From NCBI GenBank assembly GCA_019751125.1, contig JAIENU010000074.1:10464-74463 (forward strand): DNA of 64,000 bases. Direction: 5' to 3'. The notes beneath the pieces are model-generated. The model did not search any database, was not told where the DNA came from, and worked only from the letters and a program-made list of their open reading frames with translations. Shown here piece after piece: positions 9,240 through 17,796 of this stretch (position 1 is the stretch's first letter; every line of letters starts with the position of its first letter). The translations under genes were made by a program, and so were the position numbers. This DNA comes from Burkholderiales bacterium (lineage in GTDB: Bacteria; Pseudomonadota; Gammaproteobacteria; Burkholderiales; SG8-41).

Positions 9240-10295
9240 TTACAGCGCGGCCACCAGATGTTGGGCGAAGGCCTGGGTGCCGAGTTTGCCGCCGAGGTCG
9301 GCGGTGCGCGTCGCCGGCGACTGCAGTGCGGCATCGATTGCGGCATCAATCGCCTTCGCCGCTTCGGCAAAGGCCGGCAGCTTGTGGCGCTGGGCCAGCC
9401 AGTCGAGCAGCATGGTTGATGACAGCAGCAGCGAGGTCGGGTTGGCCTTGTCCTGGTCCTGGATGTCGGGGGCTGAGCCGTGCTGGGCCTGCGCGCAGCA
9501 GGCGTTGTCGCCGGTCATCGTCGAGCCGGCGAGGCCGAGGCTGCCGGAAATCTCGGAGGCTTCGTCGGACAGGATGTCGCCGAACATGTTGCCGGTGACG
9601 ATGCAGTCAAACTGCGTCGGGTTGCGCACCAGCAACGCGGCCATTGCGTCGACGATTTTTTCATCGAGTTCGACGTCCGGATATTTTTTGGCGACGGCGC
9701 GCACTTCGCGCAGGAACAGGCCGTCGGACATGTGCAGCACATTGGCCTTGTGCACGGCGGTGACTTTCTTGCGGCGCTTGCGCGCCCACTCGAAGGCGAC
9801 TTCCGAAATGCGGCGGCACTGCTTCGCGGTGACCTTGCGGATGGCGATCGCCACATCCTCGGTCGGCATGAACTCGCCGCGGCCCATGAACATGTTGCGG
9901 TCGCCGTAAAACCCCTCGGTACATTCACGGAAGATCACCAGATCCACCGGCTTGCCGGTGAGGCCGACGCCCATGCGCGATTTTGCGGGGCGGATGTTGG
10001 CGAACAGGTCGAGCTGCACGCGCAGCCAGCCCGAAGGGTTGATGCCGCCTTTCTCCTTGTCCGGGTAATCGAGGTGCGACACCGGGCCGAGGATGATGCC
10101 TGGTGCCTGGCGCGCGGCTTCCTGCACCTCGACCGGCAGCGTGCTGCCCTGCGACTTCAGCGTCTTCAGGCCGATGTCGCGGATATCCCATTCCAGGCCG
10201 AGCTTGAATTTGGCGCTGGCGCGGTCGAGCACGGCCAGCGTGGCTCGGGTGATTTCGGGGCCGATGCCGTCACCGGGAAGGACGAGTAGCTTCAT
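9240..10295 (-). CDS. isocitrate/isopropylmalate dehydrogenase-family oxidoreductase (tartrate-dehydrogenase-like)
   Basis: N-terminus MKLLVLPGDGIGPEI, plus the NIRP, NMFGDILSDEAS and GSLGLAGS motifs of the beta-decarboxylating dehydrogenase family. Confidence 0.85.
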   Translation of the reverse strand: MKLLVLPGDGIGPEITRATLAVLDRASAKFKLGLEWDIRDIGLKTLKSQGSTLPVEVQEAARQAPGIILGPVSHLDYPDKEKGGINPSGWLRVQLDLFANIRPAKSRMGVGLTGKPVDLVIFRECTEGFYGDRNMFMGRGEFMPTEDVAIAIRKVTAKQCRRISEVAFEWARKRRKKVTAVHKANVLHMSDGLFLREVRAVAKKYPDVELDEKIVDAMAALLVRNPTQFDCIVTGNMFGDILSDEASEISGSLGLAGSTMTGDNACCAQAQHGSAPDIQDQDKANPTSLLLSSTMLLDWLAQRHKLPAFAEAAKAIDAAIDAALQSPATRTADLGGKLGTQAFAQHLVAAL

Positions 10296-10316
10296 TGCAA
10301 TTTCCTTATAAAAATG

Positions 10317-10330
10317 CCAATAAAAACAAT
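10317..10330 (-). repeat. AT-rich intergenic motif copy b (ATTGTTTTTATTGG on the minus strand)
   Basis: Lies between the GntR stop (10346) and the dehydrogenase start (10295), 22 nt upstream of that start. Confidence 0.6.
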
Positions 10331-10345
10331 CGGTTGTGATGAACT

Positions 10346-11281
10346 TCAGAGTTGTGCGGTGACCGTGCTGCGCGGCGTGGAGACGGCTTTGTCCTTGTCC
10401 ATGCCGGTCTTGCGTTCGCGCACCACGTCGAGGTGGCGGCGCAGGAATTCGGCTGCTTCCTGGCGGGAACCCTGTTCCAGCAACTCCAGCAGGTGCAGGT
10501 GTTCACGGCACTGGTCGGTGATGCGCTCGCGGTCGAACTTGGCGCGGTATTCGAGCAGGCGGCGCATGGCATTGACGCGGTGGATCGCATCGATCATGAA
10601 GCGGTTGTTGGAAAAACCGATGACCGTGTTGTGAAAGTCGGATCCCAATTCAAAGAGGCGGGCGCGTGACAGTCGCATCAGGCCGCCGTCCAGCAACATC
10701 TGCTGGTCCCGGCGCACGCGTTCAAGCTCACTCTTCACCAGGCGGAAGCCCGGTTCGAGCAGCGAGGCGGGTTCGAACAGCATGCGAAAGCGGTAACTCT
10801 GGGCATGTGCTTCCAGCGAGTCCGGCATCTGCACGAACATCCAGCCGTGGCCGGGCTTGCGCTCGATCCAGCCTTCCTTTTCCATCCGGTGCAACACACG
10901 CTGCAGTTCGCGCCGCGGCATGCCGTAACGGCGCATCAGCGCGGTTTCGGTGACATGTTCCTCGAGTTTGCCGGCGAGGCGGTCATCGGCAATCTGCAGA
11001 TACCGTTCCTCGGCAAGACCGGCGCCGTCAACCAGGGCGGGTCGCACACTGGCAGGCGGCAGTTTGCGCAGGAAATAACCGCGGTTCGGCTCCTGCACCA
11101 CCACGCCCATCTCCGCGAGCACGGCCAGCGCGCGGCGCACCGGTGTGCGTGACACCTTGAGTTCGTCAGCGAACTGCTGCTCGGCGAGGTGGGCGCCGAT
11201 CGCGATACCACTGCGGCGCAGATGGTCGGCCATGCGCAGCGCAAGCTGCTGGGCAAGTTCGGAAGCGTCGTTGCGGCTCAT
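10346..11281 (-). CDS. GntR-family regulator with two tandem wHTH modules plus an FCD-like domain
   Basis: First wHTH: LAEQQFADELKVSRTPVRRALAVLAEMGVVVQEPNRGYFL. Second wHTH: VTETALMRRYGMPRRELQRVLHRMEKEGWIERKPGHGWMF. A helical FCD-like C-terminus follows. Confidence 0.8.
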   Translation of the reverse strand: MSRNDASELAQQLALRMADHLRRSGIAIGAHLAEQQFADELKVSRTPVRRALAVLAEMGVVVQEPNRGYFLRKLPPASVRPALVDGAGLAEERYLQIADDRLAGKLEEHVTETALMRRYGMPRRELQRVLHRMEKEGWIERKPGHGWMFVQMPDSLEAHAQSYRFRMLFEPASLLEPGFRLVKSELERVRRDQQMLLDGGLMRLSRARLFELGSDFHNTVIGFSNNRFMIDAIHRVNAMRRLLEYRAKFDRERITDQCREHLHLLELLEQGSRQEAAEFLRRHLDVVRERKTGMDKDKAVSTPRSTVTAQL

Positions 11282-11302
11282 GGCGTGCGCAGTTCTCGGT
11301 GT

Positions 11303-12271
11303 TTATTCCGGCTTGATGTTCTGCGACTTGATCACGCCGGTCCAGCGTGTGATTTCGGCGCGGATGTGCTTGTCCAGCTCTTCCGGCGTGGTGCCGCGCG
11401 GCACGAAGCCCATGCCGGCGAAACGTTCCTTGCTGTCGGCCGACTGCACCACGCGGTTGATCGCCTGGTTGAGGCGGTCAACGATGGGGCGGGGCGTGTT
11501 TGCCGCGCTGACGATGCCGAACCAGTTGACCACCTCGAAATCGGTGACGCCGCTTTCGGAAATCGCCGGCACGCCGGGCAGCAGCGGCGTGCGTTCCGCC
11601 GCGGCAACGCCGATGACGCGGATGCGCTGCGTGCCGAGCATGGACTGCAGCGAACCCAGCGCGGCGAACATCACCGACACCTGGCCGCCGACCAGTTCGG
11701 TCAGCGAGATGTTCGCGCCCTTGTACGGGATGTGCACCATGTCGGTCTTGGTCTTGGCCTTGAAGAACTCCATCGCGAGGTGGGTGATCGCGCCGGTGCC
11801 GGATGAGCCGTAGTTGATCTGCCCGGGTTTTGATTTCGCCAGTGCGATCAGGTCGCGCGCCGAGCGCAGCGGCATCGAGGGATGCACCACCAGCACCTGC
11901 GGTGACACCGCCATCAGCGTGATCATCGAGAAGTCGCGCACCGGGTCATAGGGCGTCTTCGGCTGCAGCGCCGGATTGATTGCATTGGGTCCGGGATTGG
12001 CGAGCAGCAGCGTGTAGCCGTCGGGCTGTGATTTCGCCACCAGATCCGCACCGATCGCACCGCCGGCGCCGCCGCGGTTGTCCACCAGCACCTGCTGGCC
12101 CAGCGGTTCCACCAGGCGCTGTGCCACGACACGCGCGATGACATCGTTGGCGCCGCCGGGTGCGAAGGGCACCACGATGCGCACCGGTTTCACCGGAAAA
12201 TTCTGTGCTGCGACCGGTGCTGCGAGCAGTGCTGCGCAGGCCGCGGCGAGCGGCAGGTTGATGCGGTTCAT
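11303..12271 (-). CDS. Bug/TctC-family periplasmic solute receptor (tripartite tricarboxylate transporter SBP)
   Basis: Signal peptide MNRINLPLAAACAALLAAPVAAQ, then FPVKPVRIVVPFAPGG and the YGSSGTG, VPYKG and NWFG family blocks. GGAGGAA RBS; start trimmed to 12271. Confidence 0.9.
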   Translation of the reverse strand: MNRINLPLAAACAALLAAPVAAQNFPVKPVRIVVPFAPGGANDVIARVVAQRLVEPLGQQVLVDNRGGAGGAIGADLVAKSQPDGYTLLLANPGPNAINPALQPKTPYDPVRDFSMITLMAVSPQVLVVHPSMPLRSARDLIALAKSKPGQINYGSSGTGAITHLAMEFFKAKTKTDMVHIPYKGANISLTELVGGQVSVMFAALGSLQSMLGTQRIRVIGVAAAERTPLLPGVPAISESGVTDFEVVNWFGIVSAANTPRPIVDRLNQAINRVVQSADSKERFAGMGFVPRGTTPEELDKHIRAEITRWTGVIKSQNIKPE

Positions 12272-12315
12272 GGCTGGGTTCCTCCGGGATATGGACTGCC
12301 TGATTTTATTGCATT

Positions 12316-12336
12316 TTGTGTGTTCAAGATACACAA
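12316..12336. promoter_or_regulatory. inverted repeat TTGTGTGTTCAAGATACACAA (candidate GntR-type operator)
   Basis: TTGTGT/ACACAA arms in the divergent Bug / dehalogenase-like spacer. Half-sites resemble GntR-family TTGT..ACAA operators. Confidence 0.35.
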
Positions 12337-12386
12337 TGATGGGGCGCTTGGCAACGGCCGGCGGGCATCAGATCACGGAGGAGAGC

Positions 12387-13355
12387 ATGGCAGGATTGCA
12401 GATCATGGCGGCAGCCACGGCCGCTGATTATGCGCGTGACCCGACGCGCTGGGGCAGCGCGGAAGTGGCCGCGCATTTCCCGTGCTTCGAACATGTGGAC
12501 GTGCGCACGTCCGGCGCGGTGATCCGCCTGCGCCACGGCGGTTCCGGACCGCCGCTGCTGCTGGTCCACGGCAATCCGCAGAACCATACCTGCTGGTACA
12601 AGATCGCGGCGCAGCTGGCGAAGCGTTACCACGTGATCCTGCCCGACCTGCGCGGCTACGGCGACAGCTCGCTGCCTGATGCGGGTGACAACCACATCAA
12701 CTTCAGCTTCCGCGCGATGGCGCAGGACCTGTTGGAGATCATGGACCAGCTCGGCTACGACAAATTCTTTGTCGCCGGACATGACCGTGGCGGGCGCACC
12801 GTGCACCGCCTGTGCATGGATCATCCGCAGCGCATCCGCAAGGTGTGCCTGATGGACATCATTCCCAACCACTATGTGTGGAACAACATCACCAAGGCCT
12901 GGGCGGTCGGCACCTGGCACTGGGCCTTCATGGCGCAGCCCGAGCCTTTCCCGGAGCGGCTGATCAGCGCGGTGCCGGCGGAATACTTCATCAAGAGCCG
13001 CATGGCGATCCGCGGCGGTACCGGCCTCGGTTTCCTGACTGATGGCGCGCTCGCCGAATACATCCGCTGCTATACGCTGAAGACGATCAGCGGTTCCTGC
13101 CGTGATTACCGCGCGACGGCCACCTGCGATTTCGAGATGGACACGGCCGACAAGGACAAGAAACTGGCGATGCCGCTGATGCTGCTGTGGGGCGCACGCG
13201 GCCATTCGCCGGAGCGCGCGCAGCGTTTTGTCGAAATCTGGAAGCAGTACGCGTCAAACATCCAGATTACCGATCCGCTGGAGGCCGGGCATTACATGCA
13301 GGAGGAAATGCCTGAGCGTATCCACGACCGTTTTGTCGAGTTTTTCCGGGATTGA
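12387..13355 (+). CDS. haloacetate (fluoroacetate) dehalogenase-like alpha/beta hydrolase, paralog 1
   Basis: LLLVHGNPQNHTCW, LPDLRGYGDS, Asp-nucleophile motif GHDRGGR, WHWAF, CRDYRA and GHYMQEE. RBS GGAGGAGAG lies before ATG 12387. Confidence 0.8.
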   Translation: MAGLQIMAAATAADYARDPTRWGSAEVAAHFPCFEHVDVRTSGAVIRLRHGGSGPPLLLVHGNPQNHTCWYKIAAQLAKRYHVILPDLRGYGDSSLPDAGDNHINFSFRAMAQDLLEIMDQLGYDKFFVAGHDRGGRTVHRLCMDHPQRIRKVCLMDIIPNHYVWNNITKAWAVGTWHWAFMAQPEPFPERLISAVPAEYFIKSRMAIRGGTGLGFLTDGALAEYIRCYTLKTISGSCRDYRATATCDFEMDTADKDKKLAMPLMLLWGARGHSPERAQRFVEIWKQYASNIQITDPLEAGHYMQEEMPERIHDRFVEFFRD

Positions 13356-13373
13356 GCGGGTCGCATCTTAAGT

Positions 13374-13389
13374 AATTGTTTTTATTGAT
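13374..13389 (+). repeat. AT-rich intergenic motif copy c (AATTGTTTTTATTGAT)
   Basis: 18 nt after the paralog-1 stop and 36 nt before the paralog-2 start. The extended match AGTAATTGTTTTTATTGA..ATATTTA is shared with copy e. Confidence 0.7.
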
Positions 13390-13424
13390 AAATATTTAAC
13401 ATCCCGGAGCGGAGGAGCAAACCC

Positions 13425-14309
13425 GTGTTCGAAGGTTTCAAGCTGACCCAGATCCAGACCAGCGACCCCGAGGTCAGGATCAACCTGCGTTACGGCGGCA
13501 ACGGCCCGCCGATCCTGCTGATCCACGGCAATCCGCTGACCCATGTGCACTGGCACCTGGTGGCGCCACGGCTGGCGAAGAACTTCACTGTGGTGGTCAC
13601 CGACCTGCGCGGCTATGGCGACAGCGGCAAGCCGCGCGGGCTTGAAGACCACAGCAACTATTCCTTCCGGCGCATGGCGCTCGATCAGGTCGAGGTGATG
13701 CAGGCGCTCGGCTTTGAAAAATTCTGCGTCGCCGGCCACGACCGTGGCGGGCGCGCGGCGATGCGCATGGCGCTGGATCATCCGGACAAGGTGAAAAAGC
13801 TCGCCACCTTTGACATCCTGCCCACGCACCATGTGCTGACCCACACGACCTGGCAGTGGGCACTCAATTCCTACCACTGGTTTTTCATGGCCCAGCCCTA
13901 CGACATTCCGGAAAAGCTGATGGAAGGCAAGGAGGACTACTACATCCTGAAGAAGCTGACCAAGATGGGCATCGGCAAGGGCGGTTTTTCAGAGGAGACG
14001 CTGAAGGAATACGCGCGCTGCTGCACGCCGGAGAACCTGCACGCGGTCTGCGAGGACTATCGCGCCGCAGTGACGGCGGATATGGCAATGGATACCGAGG
14101 ACTTCAATGCCGGGCGCAAGGTGCAATGCCCGGCGGCGATCTACTGGGGTGAGCTGAGCCACACCAACAAGTTCTTCGATCCGTTCAAGGCCTGGCCGCA
14201 GTACGTCGCGGACATCCGCCGCATCAAGCCCTTGCCCTGCGGCCACTACCCGGCGGAGCAGGTGCCGGATCAGGTGGTCGAGGAACTGGATTCGTTTTTC
14301 AGGGATTAG
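13425..14309 (+). CDS. haloacetate (fluoroacetate) dehalogenase-like alpha/beta hydrolase, paralog 2
   Basis: MFEGF N-terminus (the same as characterised fluoroacetate dehalogenases as I recall them), GHDRGGR, FDILP, YHWFF, CEDYRA and CGHYP. GTG start with GGAGGAG RBS 7 nt upstream. Confidence 0.85.
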   Translation: MFEGFKLTQIQTSDPEVRINLRYGGNGPPILLIHGNPLTHVHWHLVAPRLAKNFTVVVTDLRGYGDSGKPRGLEDHSNYSFRRMALDQVEVMQALGFEKFCVAGHDRGGRAAMRMALDHPDKVKKLATFDILPTHHVLTHTTWQWALNSYHWFFMAQPYDIPEKLMEGKEDYYILKKLTKMGIGKGGFSEETLKEYARCCTPENLHAVCEDYRAAVTADMAMDTEDFNAGRKVQCPAAIYWGELSHTNKFFDPFKAWPQYVADIRRIKPLPCGHYPAEQVPDQVVEELDSFFRD

Positions 14310-15157
14310 GCGGCAAGGTTCGTTACAAGCTTCCAGCCCAGCCAATCGCAAAGCCCGCGGCCCATCACCCATTCGAGGTCCTCGCCTTTGAGCCAGGGCA
14401 GCTCTTCGGTGTACAGGGTGACCGCCTGACGGTAGCTGCAGGCGAGTTTGGTCATGTCGGTACCCCAGAACATGCGGCGCGGGCCGAAGGCGTCGAAGGC
14501 CGCGCGCAGCGGTGCGTGCAGGCTGGGGAAGGGGTAGGCATCGGTGGCGAAGTGCGGGATGCCGCTGGCCTTCACTGCGACGTTCGGATATTTCGCCAGT
14601 GCCAGCAGCATAGGCAGGTCGGCAAAGGCCACATCGGCACCTTTGCTGCCCTTGGGCACGGCCATGTGGTCGATGATCAGCCGCAGCTGCGGATGGCGCT
14701 CGGCAATCGTCGCGATCTTCGGCGCGAGACGCTGGTTGATCAGCACCATCAGCGGCAGGCCGGCGCGTTCGGCTTCAGGCCAGATCCAGTCGGCGCTGCC
14801 ATCATGCAGCATGGGTTCGAACTGCGGCGTATGGAAGGTGAAGCGCAGTCCGAGCATGCCCGGCTGCTCCTTCCAGCGCGCGAACCGGCTGCGTGACTGC
14901 GGGTCGCGCGGATCGAGCCGGCCCATCACTGCAAAACGCTGCGGGTAAGCCTGTGCGGCGGCAAGCACCAGATCGTTGCGTTCACCCTCCCATGACGGCG
15001 GCACCAGCACCGCGCGATCAACACCGGCTTCGACCATCTCGCGCAACAGGTCTTCAGCGGTGAAGGATCCGGGGCGGTGCGGCGCATGCCGGGCCGGCCA
15101 CGGGCGTTCGGGCGTGCTCTCGGCCCAGATGTGGATTTGTGCGTCGACGAGTTTCAT
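14306..15157 (-). CDS. amidohydrolase-2 family metal-dependent hydrolase
   Basis: N-terminal metal-binding signature VDAQIHIW and a TIM-barrel-type sequence. Its stop codon overlaps the convergent dehalogenase stop. Confidence 0.8.
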   Translation of the reverse strand: MKLVDAQIHIWAESTPERPWPARHAPHRPGSFTAEDLLREMVEAGVDRAVLVPPSWEGERNDLVLAAAQAYPQRFAVMGRLDPRDPQSRSRFARWKEQPGMLGLRFTFHTPQFEPMLHDGSADWIWPEAERAGLPLMVLINQRLAPKIATIAERHPQLRLIIDHMAVPKGSKGADVAFADLPMLLALAKYPNVAVKASGIPHFATDAYPFPSLHAPLRAAFDAFGPRRMFWGTDMTKLACSYRQAVTLYTEELPWLKGEDLEWVMGRGLCDWLGWKLVTNLAA

Positions 15158-15287
15158 GAGTGGTGATCCCGAGTGTTGCGATTGCCCACAACTTTAGCCG
15201 AGAACGGCAGGGCCGCGGTGCCGAAGTCTGCATTGAGGGCTGTGCTATCTTTTCCGGGACTTCTTAATTCTTTGATCGCCATCCGTC

Positions 15288-16079
15288 ATGCCCCACATCG
15301 TCGCCCTATACCGTTATCCGCTCAAGGGTTTCACGCCCGAACCCGTGCAAAGCCTGACCATCCTGCCCGACGGCCGCGCCTCGGGCGACCGTGTGCTCAA
15401 TCTGCGTTTTGCCGATGCGCCGGCGGCCGACGATGCCTGGTGCCGCAAGTATGCGGGCGTGGTGCTCGCCAACACGCCGGGGCTGGCGCGGCTGAAAACC
15501 ACCTATGACCACGAGACGCAGCAACTGAAAATCATGCACGGTGAGCGCGTGCTGGTCGATGAACGGCTGGAAGGCGCCGGCCGCCAGCGCATCGTTGACG
15601 CCCTGACCGCCTATGTGGATGACCTTGAAGAGAATCCCCTGCGCGGCCGCCCCGAACGCCTGCCGCTGAAGCTGGTCGGTGACGGCATCACGCCGCGCTA
15701 CCAGGATAACGACGCCGGGCAGGTCACGCTGCACAGCCGCGAGACCATCACCTCGGCGGCGCAGGCGCTGGGCGATCCGGATCTGAATGACCACCGCTTC
15801 CGTCACAACATCGTGATCGAAGGTGTCACGGCCTGGGAGGAGCTGTCGTGGCTGGGCAAACGGCTGCGCATCGGCGCGGTGGAGATGGATGTGGTCAAGC
15901 CGAAGACACGCTGCCTCGCCACCCACGCCAATCCGGCGACCGGTGAGCGCGACCTGATGGTGATGCAGGGGCTGGTCAAGCATTTCAGGCAGGAGCAGCC
16001 GACGCTGGGCATCGGCATGCTGACGCATGGCGCCGGCGGCGTGGTGCGCATCGGTGATGAAATCAGCGTGATCTCCTGA
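15288..16079 (+). CDS. MOSC domain-containing protein
   Basis: N-terminus MPHIVALYRYPLKGFTPE (MOSC_N beta-barrel type) and a C-terminal MOSC block with a conserved Cys (KPKTRCLATHANP). Confidence 0.8.
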   Translation: MPHIVALYRYPLKGFTPEPVQSLTILPDGRASGDRVLNLRFADAPAADDAWCRKYAGVVLANTPGLARLKTTYDHETQQLKIMHGERVLVDERLEGAGRQRIVDALTAYVDDLEENPLRGRPERLPLKLVGDGITPRYQDNDAGQVTLHSRETITSAAQALGDPDLNDHRFRHNIVIEGVTAWEELSWLGKRLRIGAVEMDVVKPKTRCLATHANPATGERDLMVMQGLVKHFRQEQPTLGIGMLTHGAGGVVRIGDEISVIS

Positions 16080-16126
16080 ACAAACGGCTTGCGGCATCGC
16101 GCCGCTGAAACTAGAATCCGATTACT

Positions 16127-16310
16127 CGCAGGAGAGTGAACCCTTGGTCATATCGGGGTTCCGCCGAAGGCGCAATCCCTCATGATCGCTCAGGCAAACA
16201 TACTGCGGGTGGTAACAGCCGATCTGGAGAGCGGTCACGCGATTCTGCGGTGACCCACCGAAGGGGCACACGGGCCCAGGCCCGTAAAACTCTCAGGTAA
16301 ACGGACAGGG
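16127..16310 (+). promoter_or_regulatory. tandem glycine riboswitch (two aptamers)
   Basis: Aptamer 1: CGCAGGAGAG...CGCCGAAGGCGCAA...CUCAGGCAAA...CUGCG. Aptamer 2: CUGGAGAG...CACCGAAGGGGCA...CUCUCAGGUAAACGGACAG. Both carry the invariant GGAGAG, CCGAAGG.GCA and CUCAGG cores of the glycine riboswitch in the canonical tandem arrangement. Confidence 0.9.
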
Positions 16311-16394
16311 AGGGCGGCGCGGAGTGAAAGCTCCGTCTGCTCATTCACTGTTCGAGTCCCTTGAATGCAAAACTTCGGGGTCTGAGAGGTCATC

Positions 16395-17660
16395 ATGCGA
16401 GTCATCGTACTCGGTGCCGGCGTTGTCGGTACCGCGGCGGCGTGGTTTCTTAGCCGCGCCGGCCATGAAGTCAGCGTCATCGATCGACAACCCGCCGCAG
16501 GCATGGAAACCAGCTACGCCAACGGCGGGCAGATTTCCGTCAGCCATGCCGAGCCCTGGGCCAATCCTTCAGCGCCGTTCAAGGTATTGAAGTGGTTGTT
16601 CCGCGAGGACGCGCCGCTGCTGTTCCGGCCGCGTCTCGACTGGGCGCAGTTGCGCTGGTGCCTGGGCTTCCTGCGCGAATGTACGCCGGCGCGCACGCGC
16701 CACAACATCATCCAGATCGTCAACCTTGGTCTGTACAGCCGCGCCACCCTGCGGGCGCTGCGTGCGGAGACCGGCATTGCCTATGACCACCTTGCGCGCG
16801 GCATCCTGCATTTCTACACCAGCCGGCAGGAGTTCGATGCCGCGCAGGAGCCGGCGCGTCTGATGCGTGAGTTCGGCTGCGAGCTCGACATGAAAACGCC
16901 GGAGGAGTGCGTCGCGATCGAGCCGGCGCTCGCCAGCGCGCGTGATCTGCTGGTCGGCGGCAGCATGACGCCTTCGGACGAATCGGGCGACGCGCACCAG
17001 TTCACACAGCGCCTTGCCGCGCTGTGCGCCGGGCGCGGCGTGCGTTATCACTACGACACCACGATCCTCGCGCTGGACGCCGCAGGCAGGCGCATCGAGG
17101 GCGTGCGTGTGCGCGACCGCGAAGGCTCGCGCCTGCTCAAGGCAGACGCCTATGTGCTGGCGCTGGGCAGTTACAGCGCGGGTCTTGCCGCGCGGCTGGG
17201 TCTGCGCCTGAACATTTATCCGGCCAAGGGTTATTCCGTGACCATGCCGGTGAGCGATCCGGCGCGCGCGTACCAGGTCAGCCTGACCGACGATGAATAC
17301 AAGCTGGTGTTTTCCCGGCTCGGCGACCGGCTGCGCATCGCCGGCACCTGCGAGCTGAACGGCTACGACACCCGGCTCAACGACGTGCGCTGCCGGGCTA
17401 TTGTCAAACGCACCGGTGAATTGTTTCCGGGCGGTGGCGACACCACTAAAGCCGAGTTCTGGACCGGTCTGCGGCCGGCGACGCCATCGAACCTGCCCTA
17501 CATCGGCGCTACGCGATATCCGAATCTGTTTCTGAACACCGGCCACGGTACGCTGGGGTGGACACACGCCTGCGGCTCGGGACAGGCCATCGCCGACATC
17601 GTGTCGGGGCGACGGCCGGAGGTGGATTTTGCGTTTTGTGCGGCGGCATGGCGGCAATAG
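16395..17660 (+). CDS. dadA: D-amino-acid dehydrogenase-like FAD oxidoreductase (DadA family)
   Basis: Collinear with E. coli DadA as I recall it: MRVIVLGAGVVGTAAAWFL, ETSYANGGQIS, YPAKGYS, FWTGLRPATP and NTGHGTLGWTHACGSG. Confidence 0.85.
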   Translation: MRVIVLGAGVVGTAAAWFLSRAGHEVSVIDRQPAAGMETSYANGGQISVSHAEPWANPSAPFKVLKWLFREDAPLLFRPRLDWAQLRWCLGFLRECTPARTRHNIIQIVNLGLYSRATLRALRAETGIAYDHLARGILHFYTSRQEFDAAQEPARLMREFGCELDMKTPEECVAIEPALASARDLLVGGSMTPSDESGDAHQFTQRLAALCAGRGVRYHYDTTILALDAAGRRIEGVRVRDREGSRLLKADAYVLALGSYSAGLAARLGLRLNIYPAKGYSVTMPVSDPARAYQVSLTDDEYKLVFSRLGDRLRIAGTCELNGYDTRLNDVRCRAIVKRTGELFPGGGDTTKAEFWTGLRPATPSNLPYIGATRYPNLFLNTGHGTLGWTHACGSGQAIADIVSGRRPEVDFAFCAAAWRQ

Positions 17661-17701
17661 GGGCGGGAGCCGGCAGGTCGGGGCTGCCGCAGTTGCGGTA
17701 A

Positions 17702-17722
17702 ATTGTATACACTGCATACAAT
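17702..17722. promoter_or_regulatory. inverted repeat ATTGTATACACTGCATACAAT (candidate GntR-type operator)
   Basis: ATTGTAT/ATACAAT arms lie about 75 nt upstream of the TauD-GntR-Bug-enolase gene string. Half-sites match the TTGTAT/ATACAA type known for GntR-family operators. Confidence 0.45.
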
Positions 17723-17796
17723 AAGCTTCTCGCGGCAAACATGCCGCACCGGCCGCCGGCGGCGATCCGGCTGATCCCACAAAACGGAAGACAAAC

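Noticed and set aside
12078-12386. N-terminal extensions offered by the ORF track for many genes. Examples: 12078 for the dehalogenase, 8192 for TauD, 20461 for the enolase-family gene, 23760 for the MFS, 27695 for tcuB, 31785, 36570, 36905, 44639..45982, 46991, 49813, 51025, 53462.
   Set aside because: - The extensions overlap upstream genes or divergent promoters.
- They encode Arg/Pro-rich junk.
- Internal starts with Shine-Dalgarno sequences give family-typical N-termini such as signal peptides or Rossmann motifs.
14306-14309. Convergent overlap of the stop codons of the dehalogenase paralog 2 and amidohydrolase genes.
   Set aside because: It is real in the sequence but is a common compaction feature in GC-rich genomes. 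There is no room for a terminator, and I can infer no special function.
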